A stretch of 49,713 bases of DNA from Girardia tigrina. Taxonomy: Eukaryota. Under the pieces are notes generated by a model. It worked only from the letters and a program-made list of their open reading frames with translations, was not told where the DNA came from and made no database searches. Made by a program: the position numbers and the translations under genes. The DNA is taken from NCBI GenBank assembly GCA_001938485.1, contig MQRK01184077.1, positions 66,517 to 116,229 on the forward strand, read 5' to 3'. Below, in pieces: positions 1-12,000 of this stretch. Position 1 is the first letter of the stretch; the number at the start of each line of letters is the position of its first letter.

Positions 1-352
1 CATGCCTGACACGAGAACAGTTGATGTAAGAGGAAAAGAGGATATCATATTAACTACAACTGGATCAGAAAAAACCAATTTTACAGTAGTTTTATGTTGT
101 ACTGCTGATGGAGCTAAATAGTGATATTCTAAAAGCATTTAATTTTGAGTCTGACGAAGATTTTGATGGCTTTGAATAAATTTCATGTATTTCACGGTTT
201 TTCAAGCATAATTTTTAGAATAAAAGTATCATGTATTAAAGTAAAAATTTCATGTATTACCCGCACCTATCGTATAACCCGCATCCTCGAATTTTCGGGG
301 AAACTTACTTTTTTTTTCGTATAACCCGCAGGTTATACACAAGAAATTAGGG
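1..352 (+). mobile_element. pogo/Tigger-like DNA transposon, internally deleted 3' part
   Basis: 2-118 translates MPDTRTVDVRGKEDIILTTTGSEKTNFTVVLCCTADGAK (pogo DDE region), then jumps to an acidic tail ESDEDFDGFE*; repeated cgtataacccgca subterminal motifs and an end ..aagaaattaggg-TA. Confidence 0.75.
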
Positions 353-399
353 TATTTAGATTTATTAAAGATCTAATATACTTAGAGAATTTCATATTT

Positions 400-800
400 A
401 GTATTTAGAAGAAGTTGCACTTTTCTGATAATTGAAATTTCTTATTTGAAAAATCGTGCATCTATTTGAGCTGTTTTCCTGTGTTTCCAGAAGGAAATGT
501 TGTAAAGATAAAGATTTAAATATATATGAGAGCAAAATTAGGAACGTAAGGAAGAAATAAAACAATTCATACGAGGTTCAATATTTTTTCTTTGGTTTTG
601 TAAGTAGCATGCGATCTTGCATTATCATTAAAGAAAATAGCGGATTCCTTTTTGATTTTTTTTCAACAGAAACTTGTTCACACTTTCTTCAGATTTATAA
701 GGCTCTTTTAAAATTTTACTATATACATAGCAGATTGTTCCATCAATTTGCGGTGTTTTTTACAGAGCTGTTACATGGTAAGTCTCCAAGAATGGGCTGT
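400..800 (-). mobile_element. Heavily decayed mariner transposase fragment
   Basis: Minus strand reads DNARSHATYKTKEKILNL..LP-YVPNFAL..LQHFL, a degraded HDNARPH..PYSPDLAP..LQHFL; boundaries approximate. Confidence 0.55.
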
Positions 801-2875
801 GCTCTTTCTCTCTTAATTTGACATACATATAGAGTTGAAATTTAAAGGAAATTTTGGAACTTGTGTACCAATATATTTGAATGAATAATGTGAATTTACT
901 CAGAAAATTGATTATCCGCCTATAACTCAATCAAAAGAATCAGGTAATCGGAAAAATCAACTTCAAATATAAATTCATAGAATAAATTGAGATCAAATTA
1001 TTTAATCATTATTCTTTTTATAGTAATAAATATTGACATTTGCTTTTCAGTTTTGTATTTTTTATCAGCAATGAAGGTAATCAAATATCTTAATTACAAA
1101 ACATTAAAAATATAATATATTTACTATTGTTTAGTGTTAGTTATGCTATCTCAAATTCTTCTACTTCTTTTCTATAGTGTGATGTTTCTGTGATTTGATA
1201 TTCTTCTTAACTACTCATCTTCTTTTATCGTCTGTTCAAGCTTCGATTATCCGGATCACCATTCTCTGTATCCCCTATTTATTATTACTGTTACTGATGC
1301 ATGCGTTCTTTATCTTTTGGTAAGATTGCTTTTCTTATACTATTGTCTATTAGGTTATTTTTCTTATTAATTTTAATTACTGCCAATTCGAAAACTTCTC
1401 CAGTTAACCATTTTTGATGTTCGATTTTCATAAAGCCGACTATAATATAAGGGTTTACCATAAATTTAAATACGTGATTGTCTGTTTTCCAGTTTAGATC
1501 TTTGTCGTGATCAAAATCGCCGAAATGTCTGACACAGTTTCGCGTGCAACATATGGGTTTAAACAATAACAAATGAAAATGGTGTTTTGATAAGTATTTT
1601 CTTTGTGAATTTAACCATTTTGTATACATCTTATACTGGCAAGACAGCATATGCATTTCACTTTTTATTTAAACGAAAATTGTAAAATAATTTTTAAAAC
1701 AAAATTTATTAAAAGAATATTCTAATTATGATGCTATAAAGGTTTTTGAGGATTTAAAAATCTGTTTCAAATTTTATGAGAGGATTTGGTAAATTTGAAT
1801 TTAGGTTGGGTGTTTGATGGAACTGTTGGGGGATTTTTGATTTCTATTGCGATCGAATGATTATTTAAACAGTCAGGTTGATAATTCGTATTGTTATAAA
1901 TTTGTTGGGATATAACAATCTGTTGTGTTGCTGTTGTGAGCAAAAAGAGACTCCACACCAAAATAGTTTCCCTAAATGACGAATACATTCTGCTAAAAAT
2001 CACAAAAAAATATAAGGCAACCTTGCTGAAAATGTTTTTGGAAGTTAAAAAACTCGAAACCAGAAACATAAAAAAATACAAATTAGTAACATTTAGTTTC
2101 TTACCTTCGGATCATAGTTAATTCTGCGTTATCCAAGTATGGATATAATTTGTTCTCTTTCTATAAATTAACACCGAATGTGTAATAAATTTAGTTATGA
2201 ATCCTGCTCAAAAATATACCTTGCAATGGTTCAGTTTTTATTCAATTTATTGTCCTAAAACATGAAAACTTTGATTAATTTTAAAAGTTTTAAAAATTCT
2301 TTTATCGATTCTTTTTACAAGCTATAATTTATACCGGCCAAAACAGGAAAATCTTTCGTCTTATGTATATAACAAGAATATTATTTAATAAAAGTTTAAG
2401 TTACTTTTTCAGAATTCTTGCTTGGAGTATAAAATTATAAAAAAAATAATTTACAATTATTAATCTTAAAACAATGCAAGATTATAATTAGCTACTAGGA
2501 AAACTTCGGTTTTTCACTTAAAATACTTAAGTCTAACTTGACTTATACTCCTGCTTTTCTCTTATTTTATAAATCGCAAACCTTTATCCTAACCTTCAAA
2601 TTTACTATTGACGAGGTTTGCATATTGCTAACAAAAAATTACCGACGATCTTAATTGGGTTTTCAAGTACTGACATTAATAGAATATTTAAATAAATGTT
2701 TAAATTTTAAAAATTAAATAACTTTTGCAGTGTATCTTTAATTATTAATCTGAACTCTTCGAAAAAATATTTTTTTTAATAAATTAGAAAAAAAATCGAC
2801 GTATTAGAATGACCGTTATTAAAAAATTCCTAAATGTTTTATTTAACCAATTTTTACTAAGTATTTTATAAACAG

Positions 2876-3030
2876 GTTGGATGTGCTCTATTAAAAGAGG
2901 ATAAAGAAGCGTTTGCTATAGTTCAAGTATCTGCGGAAGAAGTAAGGGATCTTGATTTCGCTAATGATGTCAGCAAGGTTTTATCTGTCGTTACTCAAAA
3001 AATTAAACACTTAACTTTGAATGATAAAAA
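2876..3030 (+). CDS. ITPR: ITPR exon (1 in window)
   Basis: aacag|[35 protein letters not shown]..|gtaaat. Confidence 0.92.
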
Positions 3031-6000
3031 GTAAATTAATAATTAGTTTTTAGTCCTCTTTATTTAGCTTTTTAAGGGTTGTGTACAATTTATTAAGCTG
3101 TGTAGTTTATTTCCTGTGCTCAGTGGAAGATTCGGGAGGAGATCCTTTAGATTTGGAAGTCAAAGAAATTGATAGAGATCGTCAAAAATTACTTCGTGAA
3201 CAAAATATTCTTAAACAAATATTTAAAATACTAGAAAGCCCCTTTATGGAAGACTTTCCTATTAAAATGGATGATCTGTCTGATCAAAAACACTCTGTAT
3301 TTAGAAATATTTGTCGATTGTGTTATCGAATTTTAAAATTATCCCAACAAGATTATCGTAAGAATCAGGTTAGTGATACCATTCTGATTATATACCAATA
3401 TAATTTTGTTATATATTTTGATAAATTTATTGATGTTTGTTGAATAAATGGTCTAAATTACATAAGAAGGATAATTATAACATATTAATGACTATTCTTC
3501 AAATGTACAAATGTTTGTTTGAATAGAATATCCTTTTATATAAAACAATTATTTGGTGGACAGGAAAGTAATGTCGTTTTTCGCATACCAATATTTGTTT
3601 ATATTTTATCAACTCATTGCGTACTTAAAAGCCCTGTCTACGACATTTAAAAGTTAAAGTGATTTATATATATGTCAATATTGACTAAATAATTAAGTCT
3701 GATTTTTCTTTGCCATTTTAGGTGAAATATCCAGGCAAATAACAGAAGAGATACATATCCGATATTGTGCGCCTTTTAAGTTTCACAAGGGCAGTAACGC
3801 AACAGTTGCTATCAAAGATATTTGCAATGTTTATCCAAGTGCATTAGATGTTCGAAAATGTCACAGGTGGTTTTCTAAGTTTAGATCCTGTAATTTTGAT
3901 CTTTTTGACTCGTATCGATCAAGAAGAACAATAACAACTTTAGACAATGAAGTTTTAACGATGAAAGTGGAAGAAAATCAGTGTTAAACAATCGAGGAAC
4001 TGTCAGACACTCTTAACCAACCTTGGTCGACCATCCAAGAACATTTGCAGTAAATTGGTAAAGTATGCAGAACAGGTCTCTTATAACATTTCTCAGACTC
4101 TTATAATTCATGGGTACTAAGTCGAAAGTGATTGATTATATTTGAAATTTCAAATGATTATTAACATGAGTATGCCAAAATAAATATTAGGGGCTCATTT
4201 TTTTACTTTGAATTCAAACAAACAAATTTTTAACTATTTATTATTTTTAATTAATGATGTAACCACCCTCATAATCAACAAGCTATTGCGATCTAATGCA
4301 CAAATTTTCAATGTCTGATCGATAAAAATCAATTTGTTTATGAGAAAAATATGTGGAGATAGCATTTTTGATATAATCCAAATTTTCAAATATTTTTCAC
4401 ATAAAAAGTTTTGTAGCGATCTGAATATATGGAAATCTGATGGTGCAATATCGGGCGAGTATGGTTGGTGAGACAGTACCTCCAACCTCAATTCATTAAT
4501 TTTTCCGTGGTTCATCTTGCAGACTGCGGTCTTGTATTATCGTGTTGTAGAAAAATAACTTTTCAGTTGACAATCACGGGACACTTTCAATAAGTGATAG
4601 ATTTACTCGATCCAATTGTTCACAGTAAAGGTCTGCATTCACAGTTTTTCCAGATTTCAGCACTTCAAATGAACAAATCTGTGAATACTCCACCAAATAC
4701 ACAAAAGCGCCAGTTTGGATGTAAACCTCACAGATAATTAAGAGACAGCCACTACCTTTTGCGTTTTGGATTCTCATGAAGGACTCATTTTTCATCTCCA
4801 GTGATCAAGCGATCAAAAAACGAATTTTTTTTGAGCCGTTGAACCAATAAGTACCCATGAATTATGAGGGTCTGCGAAATGTTATAATGCATCACACGTT
4901 AATCTTTTCTTCTCAATGTAATTTCCACATATAATGCATAAAGAACTTTAAATTATCAATATCAATGAAAATTAAAAGAAATTATAAGCATAAATTGATT
5001 GTTTAATTTTTTAAAGTACTTGTATAATGTATCATATTTATTAAAAAGAGTTAGTTCTGTCGATAAAATGCCAAGGTCTTGCAAAGGTTCTCAGATACTT
5101 TTATATAAGAAATATATTTTACAAATTCTAAGGTCTTCTATTCTGCACTTTTGTTTAAATTCTTCAGAACATTTTTAATTCTAGAATTTTCGAGACATTC
5201 AAATATATTACGACAGTCATTGCTTATTTGTAATATTTATATGTGATTAAAAATTGGAATTCGAAATCTTCTGTCACTGTTGGAAAAAGAGGATTGATCC
5301 TTGTGATCATATGCAGTCGATGAGATTCAAGTCCTCCTTCATCCCCTAAACAGTCTGAATCTCGTGAAAATTGACTGGATCTTACTCCAGTCTGTGACTC
5401 ACTTTCTACAAGGACGTCAGTTCCACAATTTCGAGGTGGCAAAATGATTTCATTAGTCTTTTACCTTGAAATCTAAGGAATGAGATCGACAAAGAATCAA
5501 ATTCTACAAGATGGGTGCAAACAATAAAAAGCAATGGTTTATGTTGATTCGTTTGTCATTTCTTGTGTTTGTAAAAATACATTTATAAGTGACAGGAACC
5601 TTTTGAAATACCCTCATATTTATAATTAAATTACCTATTAAATAGGACTCAATCAACATGAAATTTCCTAACGTATAATCATTAGATATCATTTTCTATG
5701 TCTATCAGAATGTAAATAAGTAAAGGTTTATTTGAACATCAAGATCAAATGAATATACCATAAATGTGATTTCAACAATCAATTATATAAATATAATTAT
5801 ATAAATACCCAAATTAATCAATGCATTATTGGATATATGAGAAAAAATTACAATTGTACCATTTCTGTCTTTATTGTGACGTTTTCCTAACTATCAGGAA
5901 TACATAGCAAAACAATTTCCGATGATGCAAAAGCAAATAGGTTATGGGATTCTCGCAGAAGACACTGTCACCGCCTTGCTGCATAATAATCGCAAGTTAC

Positions 6001-9000
6001 TGGAGAAGCACATCACTGTTTCAGAGATCAACACCTTCATCAACCTTATTCGCAAAGGCAGAGACAGCAGGTGCGATATTACACTTGATTTTTCTACTGA
6101 CTAAAATGAGTAGCCACAAAATATATTTAAATATGCATTTAGATTTCTGGAATACTTATCAGATCTTTGCATTTCAAATAATGTTGCCATTCCGGTCACT
6201 CAGGAACTAATTTGTAAATGCCTCTTCCACGAAAACAATCAGGATATTTTAGTGAAAACTGAGTAAATAAAATGATTTTTTTTAGTTTTTTTGTTAAACA
6301 ATGTTGTTCAGAATTTTTAAGAGAATTGTTGAGATTGAATATGAAGTGGAACCAGATTTCGATGATGGATTTGAAGACGATGACTTATTGTCAATGAATG
6401 AGACAGGAAAAGCTAAAAATCCTGAAACGATATTTGAAACCGAGGAAGAAGAAGAAATATTTGTATCGTGGGACAATGGTACTCTATCGAAAAATTTACA
6501 AGAGCTGGTTACGGCTGCAAATAACAACTCTAAGGAAGACGAAGCCATTCTCAACTACTATCGATATCAACTGAATCTTTATTCGAACATGTGTCTGGAC
6601 CGACAATATCTGGCCATCAATTATTTGTCCAATGAACTGACAATCTATCTTATACTTAAGTACGTATTTATCTTTAGAATAATGATGTAAATTTTATCTA
6701 TTACTTTTTAACAATACATTTTTCTAGATGTTTGCATTTGATTTTTAGATCCCAGGATTTATAATCGATTCATTTTAAAGTGAATGATTTAAATGTTTTA
6801 TGATCTTCTGTGTAGGTGTTTTTAATAATTTAAGAAAATGATACGGTATTTTTTAAAATAAAAATAAAGTAAAAAATAAATTAAAATAAATAAATAAAAT
6901 TTGAGTAAAATTATATTATCTAAAGATGAATTGGATTTAATAAAATGGGGTCCTAAACATCGAAATTCAAATTCAAAAGGTTATAAAACATTTAAAAACT
7001 TAATTTTAGAATCAATTGATTATATATCCATAAATTTAAAAATCATATCCCTTTGGGTTTGTGCTCTAATTTAGTTATAAATTTTCCTGTAATGGGTGCA
7101 ATGCGGCAGATATCGGAGAGACGTCTCGTAATCTCGATAAACGGAATTAGGAGTATATACTGTTGGGAAATGGTAGTAATGTTGCTAGACATATGGAAGT
7201 TTGTAAGTCGGATTTGAAAATAACCGATTTTAAAGTACTACGCAGTAATTTTAAGAATTATCACGAAAGAATGTTTTGTGAAGCATTATTGATTAAATCA
7301 CTCAATCCATTAATTAATGTTCAAACGAACCTCTCACTTTGTTAAAAGTATTTTTCAGCTATTGCATAAGTTATTTAGGACAGCACAATTGTTGTTTATT
7401 TTATGTCTAATTATGATAGACATTCTGCCGAAATTGATCGCAAAAGTACATTTGAATAATTTAAATGGAGTTCTTAATTTTAATTCAAAATATTTATCAT
7501 TACTTTTTTTCAATTTCCTTAATATGGGTTTTATTGACAACAAACATGAATGATTATATTTCAGATTAATTTTGTTGAACAAATTAATTAAAACATTTAA
7601 TATTGGCGTTGCTTCACTTTTTAATTTTGAATAATTATTAATGGGTTATATTGTCTGATTAGCACACATAATTAGTACATATATTCTCAAATTCTGACTC
7701 AAAATTCCCTTTTAACGAAGGAGGTTTTGTCTTTCAAAAACTAAAGTGATCCAAAACTTTACTCAATCTGCTCAGCTGGGAATGTTGACTTATCCATGCT
7801 TTGAGATCATTATTTGTCTTCCCAATGTAGAAGTTGTGATACCCCTAACATTGAAATTTATTGACAAGATTAGCTTTCATTCTACAGTCAGTTGACTATC
7901 CTAAAATTGACAATAGTTTTAAAAACGGTGTTTTTGAAATTTATAAATCCCAAAACCTACAGTTAACCTTAAACATTGATCACAACCAAATCATAACCCT
8001 AACCCCAACTTTAAATCTTAGAAAAAAATGCTATACATGAATTTAGAATTTATTTAAATTTTTGTATGTACTTGTCATCATGATTGAATGTGATATGAGG
8101 ATGAGAAAAGAAATGCTTCAAAAAGCATTGTTTAATTTAAAATTCGTGTCCAAAAATTTTGTTTCCTATACTTATAATATTAAATATTCTGAGCATAACA
8201 GTGAACAAATTGAAAATTATTTTGATTTTCAAAATATTACAAATCATGTAACATATAAAGGGTTGTAATATTGTATTCAGAACAGTGAAAACTATTCACG
8301 AATTATAATTAATTTATACTTTTAAATAATGATCTAGACATTTAAGTACAATAACTTTAATAATTTAACCCTGTGCTATTTTTAATAATTAATTTTGTTA
8401 AATTCTGAAAATAATATAATAAATATTTGGACCCTGCAGGATGATAACTAATGAAAGTGATGATAAGAATCCTTAATAGTTCTAGAAATATTAGTTCAAA
8501 AATAAATGAGAACTGAAATATAATTAATGCTCATTCAGTAAATCAGGTACATACACGATGAGTTTGTTTAAAGATTTTTCTGTTTCAAATTATATTTTAA
8601 TAATTCTGAAATTAGTTCTGACATCTTTCTTAGCAACTTATAAAATTACATCTTCTATTTGTTAAAGTAAATTGCTTATAATTTTTTCAAAAAATTCCCA
8701 CGATGATCAGATCTTGTGTCTCACATACACCGGCAATCAATTTTATTTATTTATTTTCAAATACACATCAAAGATTAAATGTTTAGTTCTTTGAAATAAA
8801 ATTTCTATAAGTTGATTTTTTATTTTAAAAGAAAAATGTAATGTTGAAATTAAATATACTGAATTTACTACCATAACATTTCACAATTGACTTTCGCTAA
8901 TCCGTGTATTATGGGACCGAAAAATGTGTTTGGTTTAAATATAAAACTTTCCATTCTGATCTTTTTTCAATAATCTTAAATCCGGTCAAATACGATAATC

Positions 9001-12000
9001 CACTCGAAATACAGTTTTTTTCGGTCTCATAATACATGGATTAGCAGCGTCGACTGTATCAATAAATTCTTTTTAAAATTGTTTCATTTAAATTTTTCTA
9101 TTTTCAGTTTCTTAATTGTCTAAAAGTATTTTCAAGAATCCTATATTAAAATTAATATATTTTTTTCAAAATACTATACACGAAATAACGAAAAAATAAA
9201 AATAAACAAAATAATGTACATCATTAACATTTAACAATTTTTATAAATTTATAAAAATATACGATCAATTGACCATATAAATAAATAAAATTTTTTTATA
9301 TTCATTCTTTATGTGGGTAAAACTCTACTTGGTCAACATAATTTTTTAAAATTTTTATATAATTTTTGAAAATATTTTTTTAATTAAAATTTTTATTATT
9401 AAGTCAACTAAATTTCAATTTTCAATTCTCAATGCATTTTACAATGGACGAGAGGTGTAGTGCTAGTGTTTTTACGAATATTTTTTCTCGTGTGAAGGTG
9501 ATAGTTAAGCATTAGAATCACTTCGATGGAAAAATTTTTCCAATTTTTAATGTTTTTATTGCTTTTTGTTTCATTTATAGAAATTATAATTAAAAATATT
9601 TTTAAAAAAACAACAAAATTTCAAAAAATTCTGTTGGCCAAGTAGAGTTCTACCCGCATAAAGTATGGATATAAAATTTTTTGATTTACTAGTTAGACTT
9701 TAAATCGGTTTACTAGACTTTATTTGTTTGCGTAATATAATCTACTTATAATTTATAAGTAGACCTTTTTATACTAATAATATCTAGGAACTCCGATTTG
9801 ACCCTTTTGATCAAATTTTCACATAATCATTTATTGTCATCGAAAAAATGAGTATGTGTACAAAGTTTGGAGTAAATTGATGGAGTAAAAAGCCTTCAAA
9901 AATAGGTTTCTAAATTCCATAGATACATTTAAAAAGTAAGCTAATAAAAAGAATGGACAAATATAATTTTTTAAAGTAAAATATTATTCTTGGAATCTTT
10001 ATTGCCTTTCACCACAATAAAAATTAGAAATTTTTGTAAATGTAAGAATTGTACCGGATGAATTTTCAGGATCCTACGACCATACATTAACCCTGTTGTG
10101 CTCACTCGTATAAAAATTTGTACCAAAAATTTCTTTATACAATCCTTAAATCCTTTATTCAAAAAAGTTTCTCAAATGTTTTAAAATTTAAATGAAAATA
10201 ATTATTTATTCATGATGTTTGTTAATAAATGTGTCATTTATTTTGGATCAATCAGTTCTATTAAAATTTCGAAATTTTTGACCAAATTTTCCCGGATATT
10301 CGAGTAAAAGTGGGTTAACTAATATTTATAATGAATAAAGTAAATCCTCATCAATATTTACAATATTTAACTAAAAGTCTTTTGTAATTGCTATTAAATA
10401 TTTGCTATTAAAATCTTTTATTTATTTCAATTTTATTTGTAATATATTTATTATTATTTAATATAATACTTCAAATTATTTGTAAATATTTTTAATTGCT
10501 GACGATGTAAGAAAACATTGAAACATGTTCTATAATCATCTTTTCAAAAAACTTTAAATAATTTACTTATAAAGAATATCAAATTTGCGTTCTAAATTCT
10601 TTGGTGGACAAAGTTATACAAAACATGTATACAAACATGTATCTGAGCTATAATGATAAGTTATTAGGGTTTGCATGCTTTTTTAATTGAAAAATAATCT
10701 GTCCTTGCCAACCCTTTTTAGTTGATATATATAATGTATTATTCAGTAGTTTTACAGACTCTGTATGGATATATGCTGTATTTGAATATGCAATTCCAAT
10801 ACATTTATGTCTTTATGATTTAGTTTTAAAATAATTAATAGGTTCGCTCATTTTTAAATTTTTACCCAATTTTCTGAAAATACGGATTTAACTTTGGTAT
10901 ATAATTAAATTATGTAGAAATATATTTTTTTAATTTATGAATAAGGAAGATATTTAAAATAATTTTAGATGCATTGCCAATGATTCCTTTCCTCAAAATT
11001 TACGAGCTTCTTTCTGTCGACTTATGATACATTTGCATGTCGATCGGGATCCTCAAGAAATTATTGTACCGGTGAGATATGCAAGATTATGGACCGATAT
11101 TCCAAATAAAATGAATATTGATAGGTATGAAAAATATTTAAATGAAGAATATTATTATCTTGGAATATTAGCTATGATTCAGTTGATCAAGAAAATGAAC
11201 AGAAAGAAGAAGTGAAAATAAATTTTGGCCCTGTAATGTCGTTTGTCGAGGAATACCTGAATAATATTGCTAATAACAATTTGATGTTTAGCAATCAAGA
11301 GCAAAACAAATTAACTCTGGAGGTTATTACTTATTCAATATTTAATTTATAAATGTTAATACTATTATTTTAGATTGTTAACCTGGCAAAGCATTTGATT
11401 TACTTTGGTTTTTATACCTTTAGAGATCATTTACGTTTGGTTAAAACTATGCTACGAATACTAGATTTTAGTGCCTTACCAATGAAACCGATGTCCTTAG
11501 GTAGCATATTTGTTTAATCTTGATGATATCTGGGATTATTCAAGTATTTTTTGAATTTTAGATCTTGACATAGATTCACAAAAATCAACATCCTTTAAGG
11601 ATTCTAATAATACATTGATGGGAAGCAAAGTATCATCAAAATCTTCAGATGCTGATAACGCTTTGATCATGAATACAAAGTTAAGAAACATAGAAATCCT
11701 TCAAGTATACACAAAATTTAATAATTTTGAATGATTTTATTTTTTAGTCTTAATAAATACTATATTTGAAATATTAACTGTAAATTACTTTACAAATAAT
11801 GATTATTTTTTAAAAATATTTATTTTGTTTCTATTTACATGAAAGTAATGTTTTAATATCCGTAATATATATTAGTGTTAAATAAAATAATTTTGTATTA
11901 TAATAATAATTGCTAGGTTCGGAAATATTTGACGAACCCCTATTGGAATTTAGCTTAAGATGAGGAATATATTCCCCACATTTTTGTAATTTTTCCGCAC

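Noticed and set aside
5224-5692. Possible nested minus-strand gene or solo LTR (also 5021-5215, TG..CA)
   Set aside because: No consistent splice and frame model, no recognisable motif, and no TSD or PBS found.
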